Assembly: GCA_009914755.4 (NCBI GenBank)
Contig: CP068257.2
Coordinates: 43,776,001-43,840,000 of the forward strand
DNA length: 64,000 nucleotides
DNA from: the human T2T-CHM13v2.0 reference genome, Homo sapiens
Direction: 5' to 3'
Within the stretch, counting starts at the first letter, position 1; the number at the start of each line of letters is the position of its first letter. Shown here piece by piece: positions 28,196 through 38,335 of the stretch. A program made the translations under genes and the position numbers. Under the pieces are notes generated by a model. That model saw only the letters and a program-made list of their open reading frames with translations. It ran no database searches and was not told the DNA's origin.

Positions 28196-29039
28196 CACTC
28201 CAGGGCTGGGCAGGGGACCCCGGACCTGGCCTCTGGAGCTCATCCCTGGGTGCCTGGGCAGGGAGTGCCGGTCACACTGTGCACCCATCCTTGTTTTCTC
28301 GATGTTGGGTTTACTTTTCCTGCCGGCTGCACGGCCTGCCCTTCTCAGGGCTTTGGGCTACTCTGCAGGGCTGGTGTTCAGGGCAGGAAAGGGGAAGGGG
28401 CAGTGGAGAGGGAGTGTGTGCTGTAGAGGCTAAGACCCCATTTGCACTGAGCCCTTCCATGGCTGTTCAACTCTGACGGGAGTCCACTGAGGCTCAGGAC
28501 GCCTCTGCAGGGTGCCAGGGCCACGCAAGCTCCACAGCACGTGGACAAAGGCGCATCTAATCCTTGCAGGCAGAGTGGCTTATTAGACACGTTAGCAGGT
28601 CTGTCTGTGCAGCCGGAAGGAAGAAAGTGAAGTTAGATGCCCACATGTGACTTGGCATCCAGAGGCACATTCCAGATGGCGACCCGGGGCTCCCTGGTGT
28701 GGTCTGGGGGCCGGTGGGGGCCGAGGGGCTGCTGTGGGTCTGTGTGGAGATGGATACCGAAAGCCACAGGACGTGCTTAGGGACTTGCATGGCAATTTGG
28801 CAGGGCCGTTCCCAGCGCAAAGAAAGGCTGTCGGAGGTGCAGGCCACGCTCATCACCCGCATCTGACCCCACCAGGCATCCCACAAATGTGACCCTTATG
28901 TGTCTGTTAAAAACTACACTTAACGTTTTTTAATTCGAGAAAACCTATCTGTTGCTGTTATGTACAGTGCTGTAATCAGCAAACGTGTTCCTTGGTCATT
29001 TCCGCAACAGAACACAGTGGGAGGGGCCTGCTCTTCCGC

Positions 29040-29560
29040 AGCACCCCAGGCAGGCCTGGACCGCCCGAGTGGCCGTGGTCCAGGGGCGCGGAGGGCGCAG
29101 CGCGTTCCGTTTCGGCTCCTCTGGTGCGTGCCTCGTGTGCGTGTGAGCAGAGGCCGTGTGGATGCCGGGCGCCCGCCGGTCACGGGCTGGTGGGCAGAGA
29201 GGTCATGACCTTTTACTTTCTAGGCCTTTACGTATCGCAACGTGTGCGTTACGTTCATCATAAAAACGTCCGACGAAACCAAGAGCAAAGTGAACTTCTT
29301 GGTGAAAGTTGCCATTGGGACTTCGGTGCCTGCTGAGAAATGCCTGGGCCTCTGGCTCCCCCTGGCGGCCGGTCCCTGGCTTGACGGAAGCGCGTCGCGC
29401 GGGCTCCAGACGTCCTGGGCCAAGTCCTGTGCGCGGGGCCTCCGGGTCTGCGAGCTGCGGCCGTGTTCAGAGCGTGTTTTGCCCGGAGCTGCTGCCAGCC
29501 TGGGCGGCTTTGGGCGCGTGCAGCAAGCAGGGTTTGGATTTGGAAGTGCAGCTCGTCCTG
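29040..29560. promoter_or_regulatory. Intragenic CpG island (about 47 CpG in about 520 bp, observed/expected about 0.9), within COL18A1 intron 2
   Basis: CpG count made by hand. The flanks are GC-rich but CpG-depleted. There are many CpGs even in an AT-rich context (acgtatcgcaacgtgtgcgttacgttcatcataaaaacgtccgacgaaacc). No coding ORF with a recognisable product. Confidence 0.6.
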
Positions 29561-30242
29561 GCGCCAAGCACAGAGCCTGGCCTCTAAGATGCTCGAGAAA
29601 TGCCGCTCTCTGCGCCCCTGAGTGCTCAGTGCGAGCCTGTGAAGTCCATTACAGTCTCCGGCTGTGAATGTAGCAAGGAGTGGGAACTAGGCCTGGGAGA
29701 TGGGAGTGTTTGTCTGATGACTTCCTGAGCGAAAGCAAACTGGGAAATCTCGGGCTGCGCGCTGGTGCCCCGACTCCGCACCTCCTACCCCTTCTGTGGG
29801 GCCAGCACCCAGAAAGCGCCAGCGGAGGCTGGCAGGCCGTGGGCCGCATGGGCGGAGGGGCCGGTCCTCCGATGATGGGGCAAACGTCTCCGGCCTAGCC
29901 CCCGACGCTCGGGGATGTAAGGGCAAGGGCTGCGGGGTCGGAACGTCGGCTGTGGCTGTGGCTGTGTGACTGCTCCGCACCAGCTCAGCTTCCTCACCTG
30001 TGCACACAGGCTCCCGCTGGAATTTGCTGCGTTCTCCAAGCTCTGCAAGATTCAGAAGCAGAGGCCTCCCTGGGCTCTCACAGCCCCTTAGCTTCTTGCC
30101 CACCCACGGAGAGGGTCCAGAGCTGCCCCTTGCTGTCTGTGAGGAAAGCGGGTGCTTCAGGCCTGCCAGGGGTCCACTGGGAGTTGCTGGGTGGGCTCCT
30201 CAGGCCCTGCCCAGGGCTGACCCCTGGCTCCAGGTCCTGGGC

Positions 30243-30620
30243 CTCCGTGCCATGTTCCCCGCAAGCAGTCGGGGCCTGCTGGGGTTTGAGCCACGTTCCC
30301 CGGAAGCAGTCGGGGCCTGCTGGGGTTTGAGCCACGTTCCCCGGAAGCAGTCGGGGCCTGCTGGGGTTTGAGCCACGTTCCCCGGAAGCAGTCGGGGCCT
30401 GCTGGGGTTTGAGCCACGTTCCCCGGAAGCAGTCGGGGCCTGCTGGGGTTTGAGCCACGTTCCCCGGAAGCAGTCGGGGCCTGCTGGGGTTTGAGCCACG
30501 TTCCCCGGAAGCAGCTGGGGCCTGCTGGGGTTTGAGCCACGTTCCCCGGAAGCAGTCGGGGCCTGCTGGGGTTTGAACCACGTTCCCCGGAAGCAGTCAG
30601 GGCCTGCGGGGGTTTATGTC
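30243..30620. repeat. Minisatellite, 42 bp x about 9 (gagccacgttccccggaagcagtcggggcctgctggggttt)
   Basis: Direct reading. It produces the repetitive 99-167 aa minus-strand ORFs. Confidence 0.95.
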
Positions 30621-32424
30621 ACACCCTGGCTGCACGTGGGGATCGTGTCTAAGCTTTTTGGAAATGTCGATGCCGGACTCCGCCCCAGACCTGGAGCTAG
30701 GAACTGGCCCCTGGCCGTGGGCCCAGGCAGGGTGAGGTTTCCCAGCACCCTGGGTGATCTGAACTTGGGAGCAGGGCTGGAACCTGGGGGCAAGATCAGC
30801 ACTTCTAGGACGTTATCGTGCGTGGGAACCACGGGACGCTCACTCATAGGAGGCTCAGCAGTTCTCTCGCTGTGCCGAGGCTGATGGAGACCTCACTGCT
30901 TGCCCCCGGGATGCAAACCCCGGGGACACCCGCCTTTCCGCTCCAAGCTCTGCCCACCGCCTCACATGGCCCTGGGAATTACAACAGACTTTCCCATCTC
31001 CCCACTATGGGCGGAATCTGCTGCAGCTGCCCAGACCTGGGGTCTTGCAGGTTCTGGACACCACAGCTCCCCTACACACAGAGGCTGCTCCTGCGTGGCC
31101 CTGGTCCCTCACCTCTACTTCTGGCACACGCTCCTCCACCTGCTGCCCTTCAGGGTTCATCGAGGTCTTATTTTGGTTCTGTACTGGGAGAGGGGGAAGC
31201 AATGGGGCAAGACGCTGCCCCTACTGTCCCCAGAAGATGAGGGACAGCACAGATGCCCAGGTAGAGTTTTCCTGTGTTAAATCATAAAACCCCCACATGC
31301 CCATCCCAGGTGCCCCACCTGCCCCAGCAGCTGCCTCCAGGCCTCGGGACGCTTGAACCCACCTCGAGGGCTGCCAGCTCCTGGCCTGGAGGTGCCCCCA
31401 CCGGGTCCTCCAGTCCTGCTGCCCGGTGGCTCTGGCCATGGTTCCCGTCCCGGGCTGTTCATGTTCCCCCTGCTCCTCTCCGTGATCTGCCATCTCTGCT
31501 TCACCAGCCGGCGCCTTCTACAGAACACGGCCGTGAGCTTCCCATGTTCTGCCGCTGGCTCTTCACGCCAACAGGTCTCCTCTGAGCAGGGCCAGCTTAT
31601 GGCATGGCGCCGGGTCAGCTCTCACCTGTCCCCCTCAGACGCCCACCTCTGATATGCAACTATTTCCAGCAGAAAATGTCCCATGTCCTTAAAGGATGGA
31701 GCACGCTGCTGGGAACACGGCTCTCTCCATAAAGGAGGGACTCCCCATGCCACTCCCAAGGCCACGGGAGGCCGCCCTCAGCACAGGGTCCATGGGGTCT
31801 CGGGGTCTCCCTGCCAAAGCACAGGCCTGGTGACCCCCTGGGACCCTCACTCCAGGGAGAGGACTGTGCATCTTGTGTGCTTCTCACAATCACTGTGTGG
31901 GGTTCAGCCCAGGGGAGGTCACCTCGCCCTCATCCACGCAGTCCTGCGGGGAGGCCCATTTGCCCTGACTGCACAGTCCTGCAGCTCGGCTGTGCCCTTG
32001 AGTGGGTGGCGCTGCCCTGTTGCCCACCGTAGCTGCTGTGGGGCCACAGCCTTGAGCCTGGACACTGGCCATGACTGGATACCACCGGTGCACAGGGTGC
32101 ACGTGAGGAAACCCTAACCGTTCTGTGCCCGTGCCTTGCTTTTTCTCCTTTAAATCCCACCTGTGAGTTTTATTTTTGTAACTGCAGAGCATGATGAAAA
32201 CCGTGAAGCCACAGAGGCACACGTCGTGTCTGTGGGGAGGGCCCCTCACTCTCTGGCTGCACATCACCCATGTGTCTCACTCACCATGGGTGTCCCTGCC
32301 CCTGAGCCCACCCTCACCTCTGTCAGCTGGGCAGGCGCTGCCCTGTCAGCCTCTGCCTCCACTTCCTCCACTCCTGGACATCGTAGTCTCTGTCGCCGGG
32401 TAGTAGCAGGGCCGGACCCCTTCG

Positions 32425-32900
32425 GATGAGCACGCCCAGGCCCAAGAGTGGCAGTCCTGGTGTGGGCGGTGGTGCTGGTGTGGGCGGCGGTCCTGGTGTG
32501 GGCAGCGGGGCTGGTGTGGGCAGCGGTGCTGGTGTGGGCGGCGGTCCTGGTGTGGGCGGTGGTGGTGCTGGTGTGGGCGGAGGTCCTGGTGTGGGCGGCG
32601 GTCCTGGTGTGGGCGGAGGTCCTGGTGTGGGCGGTGGTGGTGCTGGTGTGGGCAGCGGTGCTGATGTGGGTGGTGGTGCTGGTGTGGGCGGTGGTGGTGC
32701 TGGTGTGGGCAGCGGTGCTGATGTGGGTGGTGGTGCTGGTGTGGGTGGCGGTGCTGGTGTGGGCGGCGGTGCTGATGTGGGTGGTGGTGGTGCTGATGTG
32801 GGCGGCGGTGCTGGTGTGGGCGGTGGTGGTGCTGGTGTGGGTGGTGGTGGTGCTGATGTGGGCGGCGGTGCTGGTGTGGGCGGCGGTGCTGGTGTGGGTG
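32425..32900. repeat. Minisatellite, 18 bp x about 26 (ggtgctggtgtgggcggc variants)
   Basis: Direct reading. The translations, GVGGGAGVGGG on the plus strand and PTPAPPP on the minus strand, are artefacts. Confidence 0.95.
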
Positions 32901-34689
32901 GATTCCTGGAGGACAGCTGGGTCTTGCATCCAGCACAGGTCCTGGTGCCTGGGAGGTGCTTACCCCATGGCCCCAACCGGCACAAGTGTGGCTGTCACAG
33001 CTGGGGTCTGGGTAGGTCTGGCAGCCCCATGGGAACCTGGCTGTGTGAGCCTGCCCTGGGGCCTTCCATGAGAAAACCCAGTTAAGGAGCAACCTGGTAA
33101 ACCCTTGAAAACCAAGTGGGCCTTCACCAGCTTGAAAGGCCGCCCGTGCCTTTCCTCCTTGGCCCTCACAGCCCAGCTCGGCATCGCAGCAGAGTCCCGG
33201 TGGTGGAGATGCTTTGCCACTGGCCACCCAGAGCTAGGAGCCTCGGCCAAGGGCTCCCTCCTTGCACTGTGGTCTCTCGGGACCTAGGAGGTCCCGGGGT
33301 GTGGACTGTGCTGAACTGTTCTCCGACAGGCGGCCCTTTTTCTCCCACGTGGGCGAAAAGTGAAGCCTCTGGGTGGTCCTGTACCTGTCTGTCACATCCC
33401 GGGCTGCAGCCGGGTCCCCAGGGAGGCCTCCGTGAAAACACAAATCAAGTGCCAATTTCCTGGTGAAGAGTCTTTATGAGAGCAATGCGGCCCCGTGCCC
33501 CTTTACGCGGCTCTGCTGGTGGAGAGGAATAGCTGAGCTGCAGCACTAAGGAGAGATGCCTGCTGCATGATCCCCTAGATGCGTCCGAGGGACACTGGAC
33601 ATCTGGTGGCCCTCCAGACTCCTAGGAAGGGGACCGTCCTCCCAGTGGCAGCCAGGACTGCCTGTCCTCTTTTGGGTGGCCAGGATGTCACAGGGCGAGT
33701 AGGTGTCTGGCCCTACCACTGGGGGGCCATGTTGCCACGCAAGAATTCAGTGTCCCTCTGTGGGGAACGTGCTTCCCGGCTGCCACGCTGTCGCTCTCTC
33801 TTGTCTTCTGTTCGGCCCCTTCCCCGTTGCACATCCTGGCCTGGCGTGGTCGTCCCGTGGCGTCCTCTACCCTTTCCCATGTGACACATTCGCTCCATGG
33901 TACCTCCTGCCTCCCGAAATCACCTCTAAGTTCACTTTGTGCCAGGTTTTGTTCTCCAGCGCATCTTCAGTGCTGCGAGCAGGCTGGGCTTGCAGCAGGA
34001 GCACGGGTGTGCGTGTGGAGTGAATGAAGGGCCGTGTGCCCGAGTAGGTGGCGTGCAGGGGTGTAGTGAGGTGCGTGCAGGGGTGTAGTGAGGTGTGGGA
34101 TGTGCAGAGTGAATGAAGGACGTTGTGCTCGTGTGGGTGATGTGCGGGGTTGTGGTGAGGCGTAGGGCTGGGGTCGGCTGGTCGTCCGGACTTTTGGTTT
34201 TCTGGCTGTAAAATGCACATGCCAGGATAGTTGTGAGGTGCACGCTCACTCGTGCATGGAGGGTGGTTCCACAGTGCTGTGGACAGAGGAGCCCTCGATA
34301 AATGCCAGCTGCGAGCACCGGGGGCCAGCACGAGAGCAGCTCTGAGAGCCTGGGTCGTGCAGGGCGAGAGAGGCTCCGGGGAGTGGAGGCTGTGAGCCAG
34401 GGAGGAAACACTACTCCACGTGTTAGGAGGAAGCCACGTGCTCCTCGAACATGCTGGTACTAGGTTTGAAAACCAACATTAGCAGCAAAGATGACTCCGT
34501 GTCCATACCCTAGTTTTTAAAAGTTGATATAGCCCCTCTAAAAATGAGTTTGAAAGCACAGGAATTTATAAGAGAAAAACTTTCATCAAATACATGAAAA
34601 AAATCAATCTCACTCAAAATGGAATTAATAAGAAATCAAGCAGCATTAAGGATTGCGTGGTTTGGAAAATGTGATGTGGGTCTCCCTTG

Positions 34690-36120
34690 ATTGTTTTGAA
34701 CGGCTTTATTGAGATGTAATTCACATTCCGTGCAATTCACTCGAAGTGTACAATCCAGTGGTTTTCAGTATATTCAAAAATCTATGCCACCATCATCCCC
34801 ATCGACCGTGGAACATTTCATCACTCCAGAGAGAAGCCTTTCCGCCGCCCTCCCTCCCTCCAGTCCTGGCCACCGGTCATCTCCTTTCTGTCCCTGGGTT
34901 CCGTCTTCTGAGCTTCCATACGAATTAAACCATGGAACGTGTGGTCGTTTCTGTCTGGCTTCTTCCCCTCGGCGTGTGGTTTCCGGGTTCGTCCGTGTTG
35001 CACCCTGTCCCAGGGCTTCATTCCTTGCTGTCACTGAATAATGTCCCACCAGGTGGAGGCACCATGCTGTGCTTATGGATTCAGCATTTGGTGGACTTCT
35101 GAGCGGTGTCCACCTTTTAGCTGTGATGAACGGTGCTGTTGTGAACACTTGTGTACAAGTTTCAGTGTGGACATGTGTCTTCGTTTCTCTCGGGTATATA
35201 CCTAAGGTGGAATCACTGGGACTATGGTAACTGTGTTTACTCATTTGAGCAGCCGCCAGCCTGCTTTCCCAAGTGTCTGCACCATCTCACGTCCCTTCCT
35301 GCAGCCTTGGGAGTTCTGATTTCGCCACATCTTTGCCATCACTTGTTTTTCTCTGACTTTTTGTTTCCAGCCCATGTTGGGTGTAAAGCAGTGTCTTGTG
35401 GTTTTCATTTGCATTTTCATGATGACTGATAATGTTGAACATCTTTTTTTGTCTTTCTTGGCGATCTGTATTTCTTCTTTGGAGAAATGTCTATTCCGAT
35501 TCTTGCCCACTTTTAGTTGGATTATTGTCTTTTTGTTGTTGATTTATGAGTTCTTTACATCATCTAGATAGAAGTGCTTCCTCACATATATGATTCGCAA
35601 ATATCTTCTCCCATTCTGTGAGATGTCATTTCACTTTCTTGATGGTGTCCTTTGAGGCACAAAACTTTTAAGTTTTTACGAAGTCCAATTTATTTTTCTT
35701 TTGTCACTTGGGCTTTTGCTGTCATATGTAAGAATCTTTTGCCAAATCCAAGGTTATGAAAAAGAAAACCTTCAAAAGTTTTTTTATTTTAGCTCTTTTA
35801 TTTAAGAGCTAAAATAAAAATTTTAATAGCTGCATGTGGTGTGAAGTAGGGATCCAGCTTCGCCCTTTTGCGTGTATCTGTTCGTTGGCCCAGCACCGTT
35901 TGTTGAAGGCTGCTCTTTCCTCACTGAACAGTCTCGACATTCTTGTCAAACATGAGTTGCCCGTAGGTTATGAGTTTATTCCAGAACCCTCAGTTCCACT
36001 GCACCGATGCGTGTGTCTGTCCTTGCGCCACTCCCACACTGTCCTGTTACCATCGCATTGTAAGTCTTAAAACTGGGAATGTAAGTCCTTTGACTTTTTT
36101 CTAATCCAATACTATGAACA
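34690..36120 (-). mobile_element. L1 LINE fragment, antisense: 3' UTR plus the C-terminal part of ORF2 of an older L1 subfamily (L1PB/L1MA-like)
   Basis: Reverse-complement L1 3'-end motifs appear in the right order: ctttattgagatgtaattcacat..., ...tctcgggtatatacctaaggtggaatcactggg..., ...cttctttggagaaatgtctattc..., ...gtgtgaagtagggatccagcttc...cccagcaccgtttgttgaagg. It is heavily substituted. Confidence 0.85.
35782..35819. repeat. Perfect 16-bp-arm palindrome/hairpin (ttttattttagctctt-ttattt-aagagctaaaataaaa) inside the L1
   Basis: Read directly. It replaces the L1 consensus sequence here (my recollection of the consensus is approximate). Confidence 0.8.
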
Positions 36121-37440
36121 AAATAGATGGCAGATGAAATTGAAAATTTCCTAGAAAGGTGCAAACTACTCAAACTGATTCAACAAGAAATAGACAATGT
36201 GAATAGATATATAACAAGTGAAGAGGTTGAATTAGTAATCCAAAAACACCCATAAAGAAAAGCCAAGGACCAGAGAGCTTCCCAGCTAAATTCTACCAAG
36301 CATTTAAAGAATTAAAACCAATTCTCACAAACTCTTTCAAAAGACTAGGAGAGTGGGAAATGCTTCTCAATTCATTTTATGAGACCAATATTACTCTGAT
36401 ACCATAATCAGACAAAGACATTGCCAAAAAAAGAAAATTGCAGACTAGTTTATCTTACGAATTATGGACACAGAAATCCTTGGTAGACTACTAGTAAATA
36501 AAATCCAGCAACATATAAAAAAAATTCACCATGGCTAAGTGGGATTTATCCCAGGAATTCAAGGTTGGTTTAACACTTGAAAATCAATGTAATACATCAT
36601 ATCAATAGAATAAAATATTAAAAACACCCAATCATCTCAATAGATGCAGAGAAAGTATTGGACAAAATTCAACACCATTCATGAAAAACACTTAACAAGC
36701 TGGTAAAGAGCATCTGTGACAGAGCCCACAGCTGACACCGTGCTTGTGGTGGAGGAGCGAATGCTTTCCTCCTAAGATCAGGAGCAAGACAAGGACGTTC
36801 CCTATTGCGCCTTCTGTTTAACATTGTACTGGAGGTTCTAGCCACGAAAGTTAGGCAAGAAGAAATAAAAGACATCCAGATTGGAAAGGAACAAGTAAAA
36901 CTGTATTTTTAGAGGCCAGATCTTATATATATATATATCATATATCATATATATCATATATCATATGTATATTTAAAAGTAAAAGTTCTAACCTCTAAAA
37001 AGTTTTTTATTGTTCCTCTAAAATTACAGTTTTTTCTAAGTAATCCACAAAAAAACTATTAGAACCAATAAATGAGCTCAACAAGGTTGCAGGGTATAAA
37101 ATCAGTATAGAAAAATCTATTGTATTTATTTTGCAATGAACAATCCAAAAATGAAATTAAGAAAGAAAAATCTGTTTACAACAGCATCAACAAGAACTTA
37201 TACTCTGAAAACTACAAAGCAACATTGAAAGTAATTAAGGAAGATCTAAATAAATGGAAAGTTATCCCATGTTTATGGATTGGAAGACAGAATACTCCCT
37301 AAATCAACTAGAGTCCACACAACTCCTGCCAGAATCCCCACTGGCTATAGAAATTGTCAAAGTGACCCCAATACTTAAATTGAATTTCAAGGAACCCAGA
37401 GTGGCCAAAGCAATCCTGGAGAAGAACAAAATCGGGGGAC
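36120..37440 (+). mobile_element. L1 LINE fragment, sense: ORF2 endonuclease/RT region, abutting the antisense L1 piece (twin-priming / 5'-inversion configuration)
   Basis: Plus-strand L1 ORF2 motifs: ...ccaggaccagagagcttcccagctaaattctaccaag..., ...cattttatgagaccaatattactctgataccataatcagacaaagacattgcc..., ...ttatcccaggaattcaaggttggtttaacacttgaaaatcaatgtaatacatcatatcaatag..., ...aaatggaaagttatcccatgtttatggattggaagac... Confidence 0.9.
36924..36967. repeat. (TA)n / (TATATCATA)n microsatellite inside L1 ORF2
   Basis: Direct reading. Confidence 0.85.
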
Positions 37441-37974
37441 CTCTTGGCTCTCGAACTTCTTAGAGTCTTTGAAAATATCTGCTTTGTTTTGGGTAGAGCA
37501 TGGATGGTTCCCTTAGAGCCTATAGAGCACATTGAGGTCTTTTGGTTCGCCCTCAGTGAACTTTATCACATCAAGCAGGAGATGTCGGTGAGCCTCGCTG
37601 CCCTGCTGTGCTCCACCCATTGGCCCCCCTTGCAGCAGCATTCAGGAGAAGACAGAGGCAGCGTCTTCTGCCAGCCTCCTCGGACTGGAAGGAGTAACAA
37701 GGCTTTGAAGGCATGCAGGAATAACACCCACACAGAGCCCCAGGGGACATGGATCGAGGTCTGAAAAGCATTTCTTCCCACCCTCTGCTGAGTCACCTGG
37801 ACTGCCAGAGGTAGAGCTGGCATAGGGAGTTTGCCAGAAGACATCAGGAAGAAACCTCTATTTTCTCTACAAACATCCTTTGAGAACATTTCAAACCTGC
37901 ATTGACGTTGATACGATGATCAGAAAACGCTCATACACACCTTCCATTCGACTCACAAGCAAACACTTGCCACA

Positions 37975-38335
37975 TTTTTCCCAGGCACTCCCTTTCTCTC
38001 CATCTGTGTCCATATCCACACACACGCATATCCACATGCACAGGTATCCATGCGTGTGCACACAAGAATATCTACATGCACCTCCACATGCGTACATATC
38101 CGCACACATCCGTGATGCATATCCATGTGTGCACATGTACATACCCATGCACACATTCACACATGCTCATCTGTATGCACACATAATCCACATGCAGTCC
38201 ACACACACAGATATCCATGCATGCATGTATCCATATCCACACATCCGTGTACACGCACACACGTGTGCTTCTGCATACCCACATGCAAGTACAGACGCTC
38301 GCTGAGGTGAGCCGCAGCATCTCCACACATTGCCC
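37975..38335. repeat. CA-rich degenerate tandem repeat (catgcacacat / atccacatgcac units)
   Basis: Direct reading. It is the complement type of the TG-rich array at 41990-43150. Confidence 0.8.

Noticed and set aside
26650-28476. Three overlapping long ORFs (483-608 aa) with His/Thr-rich repetitive translation ([15 protein letters not shown]...)
   Set aside because: They are a pure translation of the 37-41-bp CA-rich VNTR. There are no start or stop constraints because the repeat lacks stop codons in those frames. They do not encode a protein.
28900-29700. CpG island as possible COL18A1 promoter 1/exon 1
   Set aside because: None of the six frames encodes the short-isoform signal peptide or an ERISEE-joining exon. 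The distance to exon 3 (16 kb) is also too short for promoter 1 as I remember the gene structure. It is kept only as an orphan CpG island.
32346-33227. Long minus-strand ORFs (220-293 aa) rich in PTPAPP / HQHRRPHQH, and plus-strand GVGGGAGVGGG elastin-like ORFs
   Set aside because: All derive from the 18-bp (ggtgctggtgtgggcggc)n minisatellite read in different frames.
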